Source of the DNA: Elusimicrobiota bacterium
Lineage (GTDB): Bacteria > Elusimicrobiota > Elusimicrobia > F11
Reading direction: 5' to 3'
DNA: 64,000 nucleotides
NCBI GenBank assembly: GCA_044221725.1
Contig: JBGAON010000005.1
Span: forward strand, 64,001 to 128,000
Shown here: positions 24,501 to 37,037 of the stretch, one piece after another
How positions within the stretch are numbered: position 1 is the stretch's first letter
Layout of the letters: the number at the start of each line of letters is the position of its first letter
The notes under the pieces: model-generated
Seen by the model: only the letters and a program-made list of their open reading frames with translations
Databases searched by the model: none
Told to the model about the DNA's origin: nothing
Position numbers and translations under genes: made by a program

Positions 24501-25369
24501 CCGTGAACCGCGTTGTGAAAGTGTTCATCGGAATGAAACGCAAAGTGCAAGTCGGCGATAAGCTCGCCGGTCGCCACGGAAATAAAGGTGTGGTTGCGCG
24601 CGTGATGTCGCCGCAAGACATGCCGTACATGCCGGATGGAACCCCGGTCGACGTGGTTCTTTCGCCGCTTGGCGTGCCATCGCGTATGAACGTTGGACAG
24701 CTCTTGGAAGTCATGTTGGGTTGGGCTGGAAAAACGCTCGACACGCACATGATTACGCCGGTGTTCGATGGTGCGAAAGAAGAACAGATTCTGGATGCGG
24801 TTCGTCAAGCGAAAGACAGCTTGCGCAAATCCGGCGTCCGCGAAGATTATCTGCCCGGCGATTATTGCGACATGACTCTTTACGATGGTCGCACCGGTGA
24901 ACCGTTTAGTGAAAAAGTGACGGTCGGTGTAATGTACATGCTGAAACTCGCGCACATGGTAGAAGACAAAATCCACGCGCGCTCGACCGGCCCGTACTCG
25001 CTTATCACGCGCCAGCCGCTCGGTGGAAAAGCGCAGTTTGGCGGTCAACGCTTCGGTGAAATGGAAGTGTGGGCGATTGAAGGTTATGGCGCCGCGCACA
25101 TCCTGCAAGAATTCTTGACTGTTAAATCCGACGATGCGAACGGCCGTACGAAAATGTACGAAGCCATTATCCGCGGCGAATCCGTGACCGAGCCGGGTAT
25201 CCCCGAATCGTTCAAGGTGTTGGTCCGCGAGTTGCAATCGCTCGGCGTCAATGTTGAACTGCTCCGTCAAAAAGATGGTACGTCCACACAAGCACTGGAC
25301 TTGACGGACGAAACCCAGAAAGAACCGGAAGCCTCTGCTATAGGCGGAGCTGCGAAGGAGAGGGAATAA
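21551..25369 (+). CDS. rpoB: RNA polymerase beta subunit
   Basis: [21 protein letters not shown] and [12 protein letters not shown] start after AGGAG. Confidence 0.99.
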   Translation: MKKTSFARIKPVIEIPQLLEMQRASYREFLQDEVPVKERKIQGLQASFMDIYPIINGDESLALEFVQYNLGTPKHTIEEAIDKDGTYAAPLKAVMRLVHRQPSGKPKVLTEQEVYLCELPLMTETASFVINGAERVVVSQLHRSPGVIFEEDEEKNISSYGKNLFFARIIPYRGAWVEFEFDLNNAIFVRIDKKRKFPATTLLRAAGIETNAQILELFYDTETLPVEGGNLAGRVLADDVVENETGEVLLEANAEISKESALRFQEKKIKNVKVIITDPALNDIAIRNTLLKDPVRSRKEAIHQIYRVVRSQEFIVPEQAENYLDTLLFKSIRHYDFTKVGRFKINRKLLPLYSNLIKKKGFGFEIPAERRRTLSLEDIIVTLQYVIALNNGQTSIKVGDDQIKVEVDDIDHLGNRRVRGVGELLENQIRMGLAQMSRMARDRMNLQDEPNPTPRSVLNTAPVAAAVRKFFGSSQLSQFMDQTNPLSELTHKRRMSALGPGGLHRKRAGFEVRDVHHTHYGRICPIETPEGPNIGLITSLACFARINQYGLIESPYRAVKKGEVSDEVEYLTADKEDDYTVAQANAAIDKSGKFQADLVACRFRGDFPQKNPNDINFMDISPAQVVSISTALIPFLEHDDANRALMGSNMQRQAVPLLVPEAPFVGTGIEAAVAQDSGAALVARHAGVVTSVWSDQIAIYTDEGDVDIYRLRKYARSNQDTCVNQIPYVKVGDRVKKGDVVCDGPSTDQGELALGKNLTVAFMPWEGYNFEDAILLNEKLVREDLFTSIHISEFQIEARDTKLGAEEITRDIPNVGADALVNLDENGIIRSGAEVGPGDILVGKVAPKGEQQITPEERLLKVIFGKKAEDVMDASLRVPPGIHGKIIATRSFIRKEKLSKKEENKRMKDIETELEDKLAWIREQKKERLARLDKELDAKEISPKQASEGKDEAKALAQKLESEARLEAARLKENLKHGDDLPVTVNRVVKVFIGMKRKVQVGDKLAGRHGNKGVVARVMSPQDMPYMPDGTPVDVVLSPLGVPSRMNVGQLLEVMLGWAGKTLDTHMITPVFDGAKEEQILDAVRQAKDSLRKSGVREDYLPGDYCDMTLYDGRTGEPFSEKVTVGVMYMLKLAHMVEDKIHARSTGPYSLITRQPLGGKAQFGGQRFGEMEVWAIEGYGAAHILQEFLTVKSDDANGRTKMYEAIIRGESVTEPGIPESFKVLVRELQSLGVNVELLRQKDGTSTQALDLTDETQKEPEASAIGGAAKERE

Positions 25370-25372
25370 GTC

Positions 25373-28300
25373 ATGGATACAATTACAATCGATAAGAAAA
25401 AAGATCTTCCGCGCGCCGGCAAAAAGAAAGGCGTTCCGGCCGTAAACTTCTCGGACTTCGATTCGATTCGTTTGTCCGTGGCCAGCCCCGAAGAAATTCG
25501 GTCGTGGTCGCACGGCGAAGTGCGCAAACCAGAAACCATTAACTACCGCACGTTCAAACCGGAACGCGACGGTCTTTTCTGTGAACGCATATTCGGCCCG
25601 GTCCGTGACTGGGAGTGCGCGTGCGGAAAATACAAATACATTAAATACAAAGGCACCGTCTGTGATCGTTGCGGCGTTGAAGTCACCGAAGCAAAAGTTC
25701 GTCGCGAGCGCATGGGCTCCATCGAGCTTGCTGTGCCAGTCGCACACGTTTGGTATCTGCGCAAAGCGCCGTCCCGTATTGGTTCGCTGCTCGGCATTCG
25801 TCTCACGGATCTGGAGAAGATTTGTTACTACGCGCGTTTCGTCGTTTTGGAAGATATTAAGTCCGAAGACGGCAAAGTAAAATTCCCAGCCAAAACCCTT
25901 TTGACGGACGAGGAATATCACAAAGTCCGACAAGAGTACGGCGAAAAAGTAAAAGTTGGAATTGGCGCCGATGCGATTCGCCAGCTCCTTGAAAGAATTG
26001 ATTTGCCAGGCGAAGTGAAATACATCCGCGAACGCTTCAAGAACATTGAATCCGAAGCCGAGCGCAACAAACTTATTAAACGTCTTCGCATCGTCGAAGG
26101 ATTTTTGCATTCGAAGAGCCGTCCGGAATGGATGGTTCTGACCGTGCTGCCGGTGATTCCACCGGACTTGCGCCCACTCGTGCCGCTCGAAGGTGGTCGT
26201 TTCGCAACCTCCGACTTGAACGATCTTTACCGTCGCATTATCAACCGCAACAACCGGTTGAAACACATCGAGTCGCTCCGCGCTCCGGAAGTCATGATTC
26301 ACAACGAAAAACGTTTGCTGCAAGAAGCGGTGGACGCGCTCATTGAAAACGGCGCCCGCGGCAAAGTGGTCGTTGGTGCGGGTGGACGTCCGCTCAAATC
26401 TCTGTCGGACATTCTCAAAGGAAAACAAGGCCGCTTCCGTCAGAACTTGCTCGGTAAGCGCGTCGACTATTCCGGCCGCTCCGTTATCGTCGTCGGTCCG
26501 AACTTGAAAATGAATCAGTGCGGATTGCCGAAGGAAATGGCGCTCGAACTTTTCAAGCCCTTTATTATTCGTGAGCTCATGAAACGTGAGAACATCACGT
26601 TGAAAGCTGCGAAGCGTATGTTGGAACGCGTGAAACCCGAAATCTGGGACATTCTCGAACAAGTGACGAAAGACCTCCCGATCTTGCTGAACCGCGCTCC
26701 TACGCTGCACCGTCTCGGCGTGCAAGCTTTCATGCCGGTCTTGATCGAAGGTAAATCCATTCAGTTGCACCCGCTCACCTGCGCCGCGTTCAACGCGGAC
26801 TTTGACGGTGACCAAATGGCCGTGCACGTGCCGCTCTCGATTGAAGCGCAGCTCGAAGCAAAGCTTCTCATGCTCGCATCCAACAACATCTTGTCGCCTG
26901 CGTCCGGTAAACCCATCGCGGTTCCGTCACAAGACATGATTCTTGGTATCGCTTACATGACGAAGATGAAACGTGGCGTTCTCGGCGAAGGCCGTTTCTT
27001 CGCGACGCGCGAAGAAGTGACGTCCGCGTTCCAGAACGAAACGATCTCGCTCCACGCCCGCATCAAAGTGGCCGGCATCAACAAACTTGTTGAAGACGGT
27101 CTCTCTGAAGACGATCAACGCAACCCCGACAAATGGACGTCATGGACGACCGTCGGTCGCGTGATCTTCAATGGCATTGTTCCGCCGGAGATGGGCTACA
27201 TCGACGTGAACATCACAAAGAAAGAAATTTCAAAACTCGTGGACCGTGCGTACCGTGAACTTGGTGCGTATCGTACGTCCACCTTCTTGGATCAAATCAA
27301 AAAGCTTGGTTACACCTACGCAACGAAAGCCGGTCTGTCGATCTCCGTTCAGGACTTCCACATTCCGTCTCAGAAAAACGAACTCGTGACGAAAGCGTTC
27401 GCGCAAGCGAAAGAAATCGCGAAGCAAGCGAAGATGGGTATCATCACCGACTCCGAGCGCTACAACAAAATCATCGACTTGTGGACGCACGTGACGGACT
27501 CCATTGCTGATCACATGTTTGATCAGATGCAAAAACAAGAAGCCGACAAATTAAAAGAAGGCGCGAAGAAGTTTAACCCGGTGTTCTTGATGGCCGACTC
27601 CGGTGCGCGCGGAAGCCGCCAACAAATCCGTCAGCTCGGTGGTATGCGTGGTCTCATGCAGAAACCGCAAAAGAAGCTGACCGGTGCCGTCGGTGAAATT
27701 ATCGAAAACCCGGTTATCGCGAATTTCCGCGAAGGCTTGTCGGTTCTCGAGTACTTCATCTCGACGCACGGAGGCCGCAAAGGTTTGGCCGATACCGCTC
27801 TTAAAACAGCCGACGCCGGTTACTTGACGCGCCGTCTCGTTGACGTCGCGCACGACATTGTCGTGACCGAAGAAGATTGCAAAACCATCAACGGCGTGTC
27901 CGTCGGAACGCTGATGACCGGAGAAGACGTGATCGAAACACTCGAAGAACGCGTGATCGGTCGCGTGACGCTCGACAATATCGTTGATCCGCTCACGGAC
28001 GAAGTGATCGTGAAAGCGAACGAAATGATCTCCGACGAGCAAGCGAAGAAAATTACGAAAGCCAGCATTGACCGCCTGCGCATCCGCTCGATCCTAACCT
28101 GCGAAGCGAAGCACGCGGTTTGCACAAAGTGTTACGGACTGAATCTCGCCACCGGCCGCATGGTCGAAGTCGGCGAAGCGGTTGGAATCATCGCCGCTCA
28201 GTCGATCGGTGAACCTGGTACCCAGCTGACGCTGCGAACCTTCCACATCGGTGGAACCGCCAGCCGCGTTATTCAACAGTCGCAAGTGCTCGCGAAAGAA

Positions 28301-29521
28301 AGCGGCGCCGTTCGTTACCATGGCGTGCGCACGCTGACGAACCGCGAAGGAAACGAAATCTGCGTGTCGCGAAATGGTTTCTTATCCATTCGTGAAACCG
28401 GCGGAAAAGAACGCAACCATTACGAAGTTCCGTACGGTGCGCGCGTGAAAGTGGCCGAAAATAAGCACGCTGAGAAAGGCGACCTGCTCGTTGAGTGGGA
28501 CCCGTACTCGCTTCCGATTATTACGGAAGAAGAAGGAACCGTGAAGCTCGAGGACGTCACCGAAGGTATCACGCTCCACGAAGAAAAGAACCGCATCACC
28601 GGTCTTATCGAAAGAAAAATTATTGAACACCGCGTGGAAGCTTTGCATCCGCAAGTTGTCGTTATCGGCAAATCAGGCAAAGCGGTCGCAACGTATCCGC
28701 TGCCGGTTGACACAAACCTCGTCGTTCAAGACGGCGACAAAGTGAAACAGGGCGATATCGTGGCGAAGATTCCGCAAGAAATCTCGAAGTCGAAAGATAT
28801 CACCGGCGGTCTGCCGCGCGTTGCCGAATTGTTCGAAGCGCGCAAACCGAAGAGCCCGGCCGTTATCTCGGAAATCGAAGGAACCGTGAAACTTGCTTCG
28901 ACACCCAAAGGTGGCCTCAAAGTCATCGTGACGAACGAAGACACGGGCTTGCAACGCGACTACAACGTGCCGCAAGGCAAACACTTGGTCGTGTACGAAG
29001 GGGACCGCGTCGGTGTTGGTGAGCCCATCGTGGACGGAGCAATCAACCCGCACGACATCTTGAAAGTCAAAGGTGCCAAAGAAGTGCAGGAATTCCTCGT
29101 GAACGAAATTCAAGAGGTGTACCGTCTGCAAGGCGTTATCATCAACGATAAACACATTGAAATCATCGTGCGCCGCATGTTGTCGAATGTGGCCATCACG
29201 AAATCCGGAGCAACAGATTTGTTGGCCGGAGAAATTGTGCCGCGCACGCGTTTTGCGGCGCTGAACAAAGGCGTGAAACGCGGTGAGCAGGCCGAAGCGC
29301 AGCCGGTGCTTTTGGGTATCACGAAAGCATCGTTGGCGTCCGAGTCCTTTATCTCAGCAGCCAGCTTCCAAGAAACGACGCGCGTGCTTGTGGAAGCGGC
29401 AACGACCGGTGCGGTTGACGAACTGCTTGGTCTCAAAGAAAACGTAATCATCGGTCATTTAATCCCGGCGGGAACGGGCTTCTATGAACGGAAACTAATT
29501 GAAGAGTCGGAGAAGAAATAA
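25373..29521 (+). CDS. rpoC: RNA polymerase beta' subunit
   Basis: Catalytic NADFDGD and N-terminal Zn finger. Confidence 0.99.
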   Translation: MDTITIDKKKDLPRAGKKKGVPAVNFSDFDSIRLSVASPEEIRSWSHGEVRKPETINYRTFKPERDGLFCERIFGPVRDWECACGKYKYIKYKGTVCDRCGVEVTEAKVRRERMGSIELAVPVAHVWYLRKAPSRIGSLLGIRLTDLEKICYYARFVVLEDIKSEDGKVKFPAKTLLTDEEYHKVRQEYGEKVKVGIGADAIRQLLERIDLPGEVKYIRERFKNIESEAERNKLIKRLRIVEGFLHSKSRPEWMVLTVLPVIPPDLRPLVPLEGGRFATSDLNDLYRRIINRNNRLKHIESLRAPEVMIHNEKRLLQEAVDALIENGARGKVVVGAGGRPLKSLSDILKGKQGRFRQNLLGKRVDYSGRSVIVVGPNLKMNQCGLPKEMALELFKPFIIRELMKRENITLKAAKRMLERVKPEIWDILEQVTKDLPILLNRAPTLHRLGVQAFMPVLIEGKSIQLHPLTCAAFNADFDGDQMAVHVPLSIEAQLEAKLLMLASNNILSPASGKPIAVPSQDMILGIAYMTKMKRGVLGEGRFFATREEVTSAFQNETISLHARIKVAGINKLVEDGLSEDDQRNPDKWTSWTTVGRVIFNGIVPPEMGYIDVNITKKEISKLVDRAYRELGAYRTSTFLDQIKKLGYTYATKAGLSISVQDFHIPSQKNELVTKAFAQAKEIAKQAKMGIITDSERYNKIIDLWTHVTDSIADHMFDQMQKQEADKLKEGAKKFNPVFLMADSGARGSRQQIRQLGGMRGLMQKPQKKLTGAVGEIIENPVIANFREGLSVLEYFISTHGGRKGLADTALKTADAGYLTRRLVDVAHDIVVTEEDCKTINGVSVGTLMTGEDVIETLEERVIGRVTLDNIVDPLTDEVIVKANEMISDEQAKKITKASIDRLRIRSILTCEAKHAVCTKCYGLNLATGRMVEVGEAVGIIAAQSIGEPGTQLTLRTFHIGGTASRVIQQSQVLAKESGAVRYHGVRTLTNREGNEICVSRNGFLSIRETGGKERNHYEVPYGARVKVAENKHAEKGDLLVEWDPYSLPIITEEEGTVKLEDVTEGITLHEEKNRITGLIERKIIEHRVEALHPQVVVIGKSGKAVATYPLPVDTNLVVQDGDKVKQGDIVAKIPQEISKSKDITGGLPRVAELFEARKPKSPAVISEIEGTVKLASTPKGGLKVIVTNEDTGLQRDYNVPQGKHLVVYEGDRVGVGEPIVDGAINPHDILKVKGAKEVQEFLVNEIQEVYRLQGVIINDKHIEIIVRRMLSNVAITKSGATDLLAGEIVPRTRFAALNKGVKRGEQAEAQPVLLGITKASLASESFISAASFQETTRVLVEAATTGAVDELLGLKENVIIGHLIPAGTGFYERKLIEESEKK

Positions 29522-29910
29522 TGCCAACAACCAGTCAACTCATTCGCGGTATTCGCGAAGCACAAACCAGCAAAACAAAATCTCCGGCGCTTGAGAATTG
29601 TCCGCAGCGTCGCGGAGTTTGCACGCAGGTAAAGACAACGACACCGAAGAAACCAAATTCCGCGCTTCGAAAAATCGCGCGTGTGAAATTGACCACCGGT
29701 GTTGAGGTGACCGCCTACATTCCCGGTGTCGGTCATAACTTGCAAGAACACTCGATCGTCATGATTCGCGGCGGCCGCGTGAAAGACTTGCCCGGTGTGC
29801 GTTATCACATCATTCGCGGTGTGCTCGATTCCGCTGGGGTGACCGACCGCAAACAAGGTCGTTCCAAATACGGAGCGAAGCGACCCAAAGCCAAAGAAGG
29901 AGCGAAATAA
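29521..29910 (+). CDS. rpsL: 30S ribosomal protein S12
   Basis: [11 protein letters not shown] and [10 protein letters not shown]. Confidence 0.99.
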   Translation: MPTTSQLIRGIREAQTSKTKSPALENCPQRRGVCTQVKTTTPKKPNSALRKIARVKLTTGVEVTAYIPGVGHNLQEHSIVMIRGGRVKDLPGVRYHIIRGVLDSAGVTDRKQGRSKYGAKRPKAKEGAK

Positions 29911-29913
29911 GCC

Positions 29914-30393
29914 ATGCCACGCAAAGATTTAAAAGCAAAAGATCGTCGCTCGGGACCGGGTCCAGATCCGGTTTACAAATCGGTGCTGGTCTCCCAGCTC
30001 GTGAACAAATTGATTTATGGCGGCAAGAAATCAACGGCCGAACGGATCATTTATGGTGCGTTGGAAAAGATTAAAGAAAAATCCGGCGAAGAACCGATGG
30101 CAACGTTCAACCGTGCGATCGAAAATGTTCGTCCGTTGCTCGAAGTGAAAGCCCGCCGCGTCGGTGGCGCAACATACCAAGTGCCGTCCGAAGTAACGCC
30201 GGCCCGCGGAACTGCTTTAGCGATGCGTTGGATCTTGACATTCTCTCAGTCCAAAACGGGTAAACCGATGAAAGAACGTTTGGCCGAAGAGCTTTTGGCG
30301 GCCAGCAAAAAAGAAGGACTTTCTATTAAGAAGCGCGAAGACACGCACAAAATGGCGGAAGCCAACAAAGCGTTCGCGCATTACCGTTGGTAA
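29914..30393 (+). CDS. rpsG: 30S ribosomal protein S7
   Basis: [11 protein letters not shown] and [13 protein letters not shown]. Confidence 0.99.
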   Translation: MPRKDLKAKDRRSGPGPDPVYKSVLVSQLVNKLIYGGKKSTAERIIYGALEKIKEKSGEEPMATFNRAIENVRPLLEVKARRVGGATYQVPSEVTPARGTALAMRWILTFSQSKTGKPMKERLAEELLAASKKEGLSIKKREDTHKMAEANKAFAHYRW

Positions 30394-30402
30394 ATTAATC
30401 CC

Positions 30403-32496
30403 ATGGCCACAGCGACAAAAGAAAAAGAAGTAGAAAAATCCAAAATCCGGAACATCGGAATCATTGCGCACATCGACGCGGGTAAAACCACGACGACCGA
30501 GCGTATCCTTTACTACACGGGGCGTATTTACAAGATCGGCGAAGTTCATGAAGGCAACACCGTCATGGACTGGATGGAGCAAGAACGTGAACGTGGTATT
30601 ACCATCACGTCGGCTGCCACGTATTGCACGTGGAAAGAATGCACGTACAACATTATCGATACCCCCGGCCACATTGACTTCACGGCCGAAGTGCAACGCT
30701 CGCTGCGGGTGTTGGATGGTGCGGTTGTTTTGCTCGACGGTTCGCAAGGTGTCGAGCCACAATCCGAAACCGTTTGGCGCCAAGCCACGGAATACCATGT
30801 GCCGCGCATTGTTTTCGCGAACAAAATGGACAAGCTCGGTGCGGATTTCTACATGTGTCTTGACTCCATCCACTCGAAGCTCGGTGCGAATGCGGTGGCG
30901 ATTCAGTTGCCGATCGGTATGGAATCAACGTTCAAAGGCATCATCGATTTGATCAAGATGAAAGCGCTCGTGTGGACCGGCGAAGAGCTCGGAGCAAAAT
31001 TTGAAGAAGTCGAAATTCCCGAAGACCAGCTCGAGCAAGCAAAAAAATATCGCGAGACGATGATTGAAAAGCTCGCGGACTTCGACGATGAGTTGGCACA
31101 CAAATATCTCGACGGCAAAGAAATTACCGTTGATGAAATTTACAAGGTCATGCGCAAAGCAACGATCACTGGAAAATTTTTCCCGTTCATGTGCGGCACA
31201 TCGTTCAAGAACAAAGGTGTTCAGCCGTTGCTTGATGCGGTTAATATGTACCTGCCATCGCCAGTAGAAGTTCCGACGTTGAAAGGGACCGATCCGGATA
31301 ACGGTGAAGAAGTAACGCGCGAGAAAATTGATTCAGCGCCGCTCACCGCTTTGGCATTCAAAATTCAAACCGACCCGCATGTCGGAAAATTAACGTTCGT
31401 TCGCGTGTATTCGGGCAAGCTCACCGCGGGCACCGAAGTTTATAACTCGACCAAGAAAACGCGTGAGCGCATCGGTCGCATCTTGCGCATGCACGCCGAC
31501 AAACGCGAAGAAGTTCAAGAAATCACCGCCGGTAACATTGGTGCCGTGATTGGTCTCAAAGGGGTAACGACCGGTCAAACCATTTCGGATGAAAACAAGC
31601 CGATTGTTATCGAGCCGCCGAAATTTCCAGAACCCGTGATCTCTCTCGCTATCGAACCGAAGTCGCAAGCCGATCAAGAGAAGCTTGGTATCGCCTTGGG
31701 TCGACTTGCCGAAGAAGATCCGACGTTCAAAATCCGAACCGATCAAGAAACAGGCCAGACGATTATTTCCGGTATGGGCGAACTGCACTTGGAAATTTTG
31801 GTCGACCGCATGAAGCGCGAATTTAAAGTCGAAGCGAACATCGGTAAGCCGCAAGTAGCGTACCGCGAAACCATTCGCAAGCAAGTGGAGCAAGAAGGCA
31901 AGTACATTAAACAATCCGGTGGTCGTGGTAACTATGGTCACGTTTGGGTCACGATTGAACCGAACGAAACCGGCAAAGGTTACGAGTTCATCGACAAGAT
32001 CAAAGGCGGACGTATTCCGAAAGAATATATTCCGTCCGTTCAGAAGGGATTGTTGGGTGCGCTCGACTCTGGCGTCGTTGCTGGATACCCGGTGGTCGAC
32101 GTGAAAGTGACGCTTTTCGACGGAAGCTTCCACGAAGTGGACTCGAACGATATGGCGTTCCAGATTGCCGCATCGATGGCCTTCAAAGACGGATGCAAAA
32201 AAGCGAATCCGTATTTGCTCGAACCAATCATGCGCATTGACGTCGTGACGCCAAAAGATTACATGGGCGATGTGATCGGCGACTTGAACCGTCGTCGCGG
32301 TCGTATTGACAACGTCGAAGACAAAGGCGTGATTCAATACATTCACGGTTTCGTTCCGTTGTCGGAAATGTTTGGGTACGCGACCACGATTCGTTCGTTG
32401 TCGCAAGGCCGCGCTTCTTACTCAATGGAGCCGAGTCACTACGAAGAAGTGCCGCGAAATATTGCAGAGGAGTTAGTCGCAACAGCAAAAGTTTAG
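30403..32496 (+). CDS. fusA: Elongation factor G
   Basis: [23 protein letters not shown] and GMGELHL. Confidence 0.99.
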   Translation: MATATKEKEVEKSKIRNIGIIAHIDAGKTTTTERILYYTGRIYKIGEVHEGNTVMDWMEQERERGITITSAATYCTWKECTYNIIDTPGHIDFTAEVQRSLRVLDGAVVLLDGSQGVEPQSETVWRQATEYHVPRIVFANKMDKLGADFYMCLDSIHSKLGANAVAIQLPIGMESTFKGIIDLIKMKALVWTGEELGAKFEEVEIPEDQLEQAKKYRETMIEKLADFDDELAHKYLDGKEITVDEIYKVMRKATITGKFFPFMCGTSFKNKGVQPLLDAVNMYLPSPVEVPTLKGTDPDNGEEVTREKIDSAPLTALAFKIQTDPHVGKLTFVRVYSGKLTAGTEVYNSTKKTRERIGRILRMHADKREEVQEITAGNIGAVIGLKGVTTGQTISDENKPIVIEPPKFPEPVISLAIEPKSQADQEKLGIALGRLAEEDPTFKIRTDQETGQTIISGMGELHLEILVDRMKREFKVEANIGKPQVAYRETIRKQVEQEGKYIKQSGGRGNYGHVWVTIEPNETGKGYEFIDKIKGGRIPKEYIPSVQKGLLGALDSGVVAGYPVVDVKVTLFDGSFHEVDSNDMAFQIAASMAFKDGCKKANPYLLEPIMRIDVVTPKDYMGDVIGDLNRRRGRIDNVEDKGVIQYIHGFVPLSEMFGYATTIRSLSQGRASYSMEPSHYEEVPRNIAEELVATAKV

Positions 32497-32499
32497 AGC

Positions 32500-32591
32500 C
32501 GTCATCCTGGCACGTTTTTAGCCAGGATCCATTTTTACTTCAGGTAAAGTGGGCCCTACATCCTAATCGATAAATAAGGTTGTAGGCGACG
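32500..32591 (+). repeat. Family-1 three-hairpin palindromic repeat (REP/MITE-like)
   Basis: CGTCATCCTGGCA..GCCAGGATCCATTTTTAC..GTAAAGTGG..GGCGACG; homologous to copies at 48252, 54177 and 54970. Confidence 0.85.
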
Positions 32592-32606
32592 AATTTAGGA
32601 GAAGAT

Positions 32607-32954
32607 ATGGCAGATAGAGCAGCAACTACTTTAGACGCGCAGAGAATTCGCATCAAATTGCGAGCTTACGATTATCGTATGTTGGACGATTCGTTGGCCA
32701 AAATTGTGGACACCGTTCAACGGACCGGTGCGAACTTGTCGGGACCTGTTCTCTTGCCAACTTCCATAAAAAAGTATACAGTGCTGCGCTCTCCACACTC
32801 GGACAAGAAATCGCGTGAGCAGTTTGAAATGCGAATTCATAAAAGATTGGTGGATATTGTAGAGCCAACACCTCGAACGGTAGAAGAGCTTCGAAAACTC
32901 GATTTGCCCGCCGGTGTCGACGTCGCTATTCAACTCCCTAGAATAGACTTCTAG
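32607..32954 (+). CDS. rpsJ: 30S ribosomal protein S10
   Basis: [10 protein letters not shown] and [12 protein letters not shown]. Confidence 0.98.
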   Translation: MADRAATTLDAQRIRIKLRAYDYRMLDDSLAKIVDTVQRTGANLSGPVLLPTSIKKYTVLRSPHSDKKSREQFEMRIHKRLVDIVEPTPRTVEELRKLDLPAGVDVAIQLPRIDF

Positions 32955-32990
32955 AGGAGATTTTTGCTGTTTTTTTAAAAAGAAAAATTT

Positions 32991-33746
32991 ATGGGTCAAG
33001 AAACGAAATTAAATAACGAAGAACAAAAAACCGGGGATGCCGGAGCAGCCGCTGCTGTTGAAGCAGCTCCGCTCAAAGGAATTGTTGGTACAAAAATTGG
33101 CATGACACGCGTGTTTGTGGATGATTCGCGCATGGTGCCAGTGACGGTAATTTCAACCGAAGGCAATGTTGTGACGCACGTGAAAACGAAAGCGTCCGAC
33201 GGTTACGACGCCGTGCAGGTTGGTTACGGCGATGTAGCGGATAAAAAACTTTCGAAAGCCGAAGTGAATCACCTGACGAAAAAAGGTTTGACATCGAAAC
33301 GCTGGCTCAAAGAGTTCCGCGTGAGCGATGTGTCTCCTTTTAAAGTGGGCCAGCCGGTTCCGGTCACGGTGTTCACGAAAGGCGAATGGTTGCAGGTGTC
33401 GGGCACAACGCGCGGCAAGGGGTACGCCGGTGTTATTAAAAGACACGGTTTTGCCGGTCTTCCGTATAGCCATGGTAACGGCGAATATCGTCGTCACCCG
33501 GGCACAAACGGTGCGCAAGGTCCGCAACATGTTCTTCCGGGAACGCGCAAGCCTGGTCACATGGGTGTTGTGTGGTCCACGGTCCCCAAAATCGAAGTTG
33601 TGGATGTTGATGCCGAAAGAAATTTGATTCTTCTCCGGGGATCGATCCCTGGTCCAAACGGAAACCTCGTTGTTCTTAAACCAACGAGCCGCGCTGTGAA
33701 GGTCTCAGTCCAACCTCAGCAAGCCAAGCCGAAAGCGAAGAAATAG
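32991..33746 (+). CDS. rplC: 50S ribosomal protein L3
   Basis: KIGMT, DGYDAVQ, GKGYAGVIKRH and GHMG. Confidence 0.97.
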   Translation: MGQETKLNNEEQKTGDAGAAAAVEAAPLKGIVGTKIGMTRVFVDDSRMVPVTVISTEGNVVTHVKTKASDGYDAVQVGYGDVADKKLSKAEVNHLTKKGLTSKRWLKEFRVSDVSPFKVGQPVPVTVFTKGEWLQVSGTTRGKGYAGVIKRHGFAGLPYSHGNGEYRRHPGTNGAQGPQHVLPGTRKPGHMGVVWSTVPKIEVVDVDAERNLILLRGSIPGPNGNLVVLKPTSRAVKVSVQPQQAKPKAKK

Positions 33747-33783
33747 TTTTAACCCAAAATCCCAGAGTTGAGATAAAGAATTT

Positions 33784-34419
33784 ATGGAACTTAAAGTTAT
33801 TGATAATTCAGGTAAACAAAGCGGCAGCGTGCAATTTGATGAAGCGCTCGTGACAACCAAAACATCGCCAGCGTTGTTGCACGAAGTTGTTGTCGCTTAC
33901 CAAGCAGGCCTTCGACAAGGTACCCATTCCGTGAAAACACGGTCGATGGTGTCCGGCGGTGGTCTTAAGCCATGGCGTCAAAAGGGCACCGGTAATGCGC
34001 GTTCGGGTTCAACGCGGTCCCCGCTCTGGCGCAAAGGCGGCGTTATTTTTGGTCCGGTCTCGCGCGATTACACACAGGCTCTTCCGAGAAAGAAAAAGCA
34101 AATTGCGTTTAAGATGGCCGTGAAAGCATTGATCGAAGACAATCGCATTCAAGTGGTTGATCCAATTAAGCTCACCGAAGCAAAAACGAAACACGTGGCC
34201 GCCGTGTACGCAAAGTGGCAAGCCCCCACCAATTCCATTTTCCTCGTAGAAAAATCCGATTCAAATTTCGCAAAAGCATCCCGCAACATTTCGAACGTCA
34301 CGGTGTCCGATGTCGCCACGTTCAACGTGTACGATTGTTTGCGCGCGCGCCGCGTGTTTATCACAAAAGCGGCGCTCGAACAGCTCACCGCGCGGATCTC
34401 CGCAAAGGCAGAAAACTAA
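33784..34419 (+). CDS. rplD: 50S ribosomal protein L4
   Basis: KPWRQKGTGNAR and GGVIFGP. Confidence 0.98.
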   Translation: MELKVIDNSGKQSGSVQFDEALVTTKTSPALLHEVVVAYQAGLRQGTHSVKTRSMVSGGGLKPWRQKGTGNARSGSTRSPLWRKGGVIFGPVSRDYTQALPRKKKQIAFKMAVKALIEDNRIQVVDPIKLTEAKTKHVAAVYAKWQAPTNSIFLVEKSDSNFAKASRNISNVTVSDVATFNVYDCLRARRVFITKAALEQLTARISAKAEN

Positions 34420-34420
34420 C

Positions 34421-34702
34421 ATGTCTGAAGTTTTGAGAAAACCTCTCGTCACTGAAAAATCCACGCGCATGCGCGAGGGCAACCAATACGTGATCGAAGT
34501 GGACACAGCGGCCAGCAAAGGTGCCATCCGTTCGGCCATCGAACAACGCTTCAAAGTGAACGTCGTGAGTGTTCGTACCGTGAAAGTTCTTGGAAAATAC
34601 CGTCGCAAAGTGGGACCGATGGGCGGTTATCAACCGGATCGCAAGAAAGCGATTGTGAGTATAAAAGAAGGCCAAACCATTAAGTGGGAGGAAGTAGCCT
34701 AA
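34421..34702 (+). CDS. rplW: 50S ribosomal protein L23
   Basis: PLVTEKS and KKAIV; operon position. Confidence 0.96.
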   Translation: MSEVLRKPLVTEKSTRMREGNQYVIEVDTAASKGAIRSAIEQRFKVNVVSVRTVKVLGKYRRKVGPMGGYQPDRKKAIVSIKEGQTIKWEEVA

Positions 34703-34717
34703 GGCTCCTGAAATTTT

Positions 34718-35566
34718 ATGCCATTGAAAACATTTAAACCTTATACACCCAGCCGTCGATCAATGTCCGTCGAGGACTTTTCGTGGTTGACAAAGAAAGA
34801 ACCTGAAAAACGTTTGCTCCGTCCGCTGCCGAAAACCGGCGGTCGCAACAACACGGGACAAATCATGGTGCGCCACATTGGTGGCCGTCACCAACGCCGT
34901 TATCGCGTGATCGATTTCCGTCGCGACAATTGGGGCATTCAAGGTCGCGTTGTGGCGCTTGAGTACGACCCGAACCGCACGGCGCGCATCGCATTGATTC
35001 ATTTTGTGAATGGCGATAAGCGCTACATCATTTATCCCGAGGGCCTTAAGGTCGGCGACAAAATTTCGGCTGGTCCAAACGCTGAAATCAAAGTCGGTAA
35101 CGCGCTTCCTCTGCATGCGATGCCCGAAGGTAGCGTGATTCACAACATCGAACTCGTGCCCGGCAAAGGCGCACAAATCGTTCGTTCGGCCGGTGGTGCG
35201 GCTCAGTTAATGGCGAAAGAGAGAGAGTTTTGTCAGGTCCGGCTTCCGTCCGGTGAAATTCGTTTGATTCCGTCCACAGCGATGGCGACGATCGGACAAG
35301 TTGGAAATTTGGAACATGAAAATCTTTCGTGGGGTAACGCCGGTCGTTCGCGCCACATGGGTGTGCGTCCGACGGTTCGTGGTACGGCCATGAACTCGGT
35401 TGATCACCCGCACGGTGGTGGTCGCGGCCGTTCGAAAGGTAACAATCAACCGCGTTCGCCGTGGAATCAGCCCGCGAAAGGTTACAAGACACGCACGCGG
35501 CAACACACGGACTGGCTGATCGTTCGCGATCGCCGTGCCAACAAAGCCGTCGTGGCAGCTGCATAA
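34718..35566 (+). CDS. rplB: 50S ribosomal protein L2
   Basis: EYDPNR and [17 protein letters not shown]. Confidence 0.99.
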   Translation: MPLKTFKPYTPSRRSMSVEDFSWLTKKEPEKRLLRPLPKTGGRNNTGQIMVRHIGGRHQRRYRVIDFRRDNWGIQGRVVALEYDPNRTARIALIHFVNGDKRYIIYPEGLKVGDKISAGPNAEIKVGNALPLHAMPEGSVIHNIELVPGKGAQIVRSAGGAAQLMAKEREFCQVRLPSGEIRLIPSTAMATIGQVGNLEHENLSWGNAGRSRHMGVRPTVRGTAMNSVDHPHGGGRGRSKGNNQPRSPWNQPAKGYKTRTRQHTDWLIVRDRRANKAVVAAA

Positions 35567-35592
35567 TTTAGGAATTCCGGAGGAACACTCAC

Positions 35593-35880
35593 TTGAGTCG
35601 CTCAACAAAGAAAGGCCCGTACATCGATCAAAATCTCATCGAAAAGATTGAGAAGATGAAAGAGAAAGGCGAAAAGAAAGTCATTAACACATGGGCCCGC
35701 AACTCGGACATCTCGCCGGATTTCGTCGGTTTCACGATCGGAATTCACAACGGTCGCAAATTCTTGCCGATTTATATTTCGGAACAAATGGTTGGACACA
35801 AACTCGGTGAATTTGCGCCGACCCGTTTCTTCAAAGGTCACGGCGCCGCTCACACGAAAGAAGCGTCCTCGCTTACATAA
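35593..35880 (+). CDS. rpsS: 30S ribosomal protein S19
   Basis: SRSTKKGP and [16 protein letters not shown] start. Confidence 0.98.
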   Translation: MSRSTKKGPYIDQNLIEKIEKMKEKGEKKVINTWARNSDISPDFVGFTIGIHNGRKFLPIYISEQMVGHKLGEFAPTRFFKGHGAAHTKEASSLT

Positions 35881-35888
35881 AGGGAATC

Positions 35889-36227
35889 ATGGAATCTATT
35901 GCTATTGCCAAACATCAACGTTTTTCGCCCCGCAAGGTGGGCCAAGTTCTGGGTCTCATCCGAGGGAAATCGGTCGCGACCGCTTACAACATTTTGCCGA
36001 CCGTGCCTCGCGCTGCCGGTATCATGGTTTTCAAAACATTGAAAAGCGCATTCGCGAATTCCGGCGCCGGCGATGCGAACACGATGTACGTGAAAGAAGC
36101 GTGGGTGGACAATGGTCCGGTGCTGAAGCGCGTCATGCCGATGGCCATGGGCGCACGCGGCATCATGAAGCGAAAGACGTGTCACGTTACGATCCGGTTA
36201 TCGGATCAGAAACCAAAGAAAAAGTAA
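35889..36227 (+). CDS. rplV: 50S ribosomal protein L22
   Basis: SPRK, SAFAN and VDNGP; operon position. Confidence 0.95.
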   Translation: MESIAIAKHQRFSPRKVGQVLGLIRGKSVATAYNILPTVPRAAGIMVFKTLKSAFANSGAGDANTMYVKEAWVDNGPVLKRVMPMAMGARGIMKRKTCHVTIRLSDQKPKKK

Positions 36228-36245
36228 AAAGTTTAGGAGAAGACA

Positions 36246-37031
36246 TTGGGTCATAAAATATCGCCAAAGGCACTTAGAGTCGGTTATATCCAGGATTGGG
36301 AATCGCGTTGGTACGCGCCCAAGGACATGCCGGATTTGATCGAAGAAGATTTTCGTATTCGCGCTTTCTTGAAAGAACGGTTCCGCATGGCGGCCTTGTC
36401 GAAAGTGACGATTGAGCGGACGGGAAAATATGTTCGTGTGAATTTGCACACGGCGCGTCCGGGTGTGATCATCGGTAAAAAAGGCGCGGATATTGAGGAA
36501 CTCAAGAAACAAGTTCAAGATATGACCGCGTCGGAAGCGACGATCAATGTTGTTGAAATTAAACGTCCCGAACTTGATGCTCAGCTCGTTGCTGAAAGCG
36601 TGGCGTTCCAATTGGAAAAACAAATTGCGTTTCGCCGTGCGATTAAACGTGCCATTGAACGAACCATGCAAGCGGGTGCTGGTGGAGTAAAAATTATGGT
36701 GGCCGGACGTCTGGGTGGCGCCGAAATCGCGCGCACCGAATGGGCCATGGAAGGCCGCGTGCCGCTTCACACGTTCCGTGCGGACATCGATTACGGATTT
36801 ACCGAAGCGCATATCACGATGGGCCGTATCGGCGTGAAATGCTGGATCTTCAAGAAGGAATTCTTCTTGAAATCCGAGAAAGATTTGCTCAAAGAAGCAG
36901 AAGTGACGCCGCTCACGGCGCCGACGCCAGTGGAAGTGGGCGTTGCGGCCGGAGTGGCACCGACCCCGGTAGAAGAAGCAGTGCTTTCGGCCGGTGAAAC
37001 CACCGAGAAAGATTCTCCGATTGAGGGATAA
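36246..37031 (+). CDS. rpsC: 30S ribosomal protein S3 with acidic C-terminal tail
   Basis: ARPGVIIGKKG, GRLGGAEIAR and PLHTFRADIDY. Confidence 0.98.
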   Translation: MGHKISPKALRVGYIQDWESRWYAPKDMPDLIEEDFRIRAFLKERFRMAALSKVTIERTGKYVRVNLHTARPGVIIGKKGADIEELKKQVQDMTASEATINVVEIKRPELDAQLVAESVAFQLEKQIAFRRAIKRAIERTMQAGAGGVKIMVAGRLGGAEIARTEWAMEGRVPLHTFRADIDYGFTEAHITMGRIGVKCWIFKKEFFLKSEKDLLKEAEVTPLTAPTPVEVGVAAGVAPTPVEEAVLSAGETTEKDSPIEG

Positions 37032-37037
37032 GATTTT

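Noticed and set aside
23411..26827. 1138-aa minus-strand ORF and other long antisense ORFs over rpoB, rpoC, fusA and r-protein genes
   Set aside because: Shadow frames of strongly codon-biased genes; no recognisable motifs
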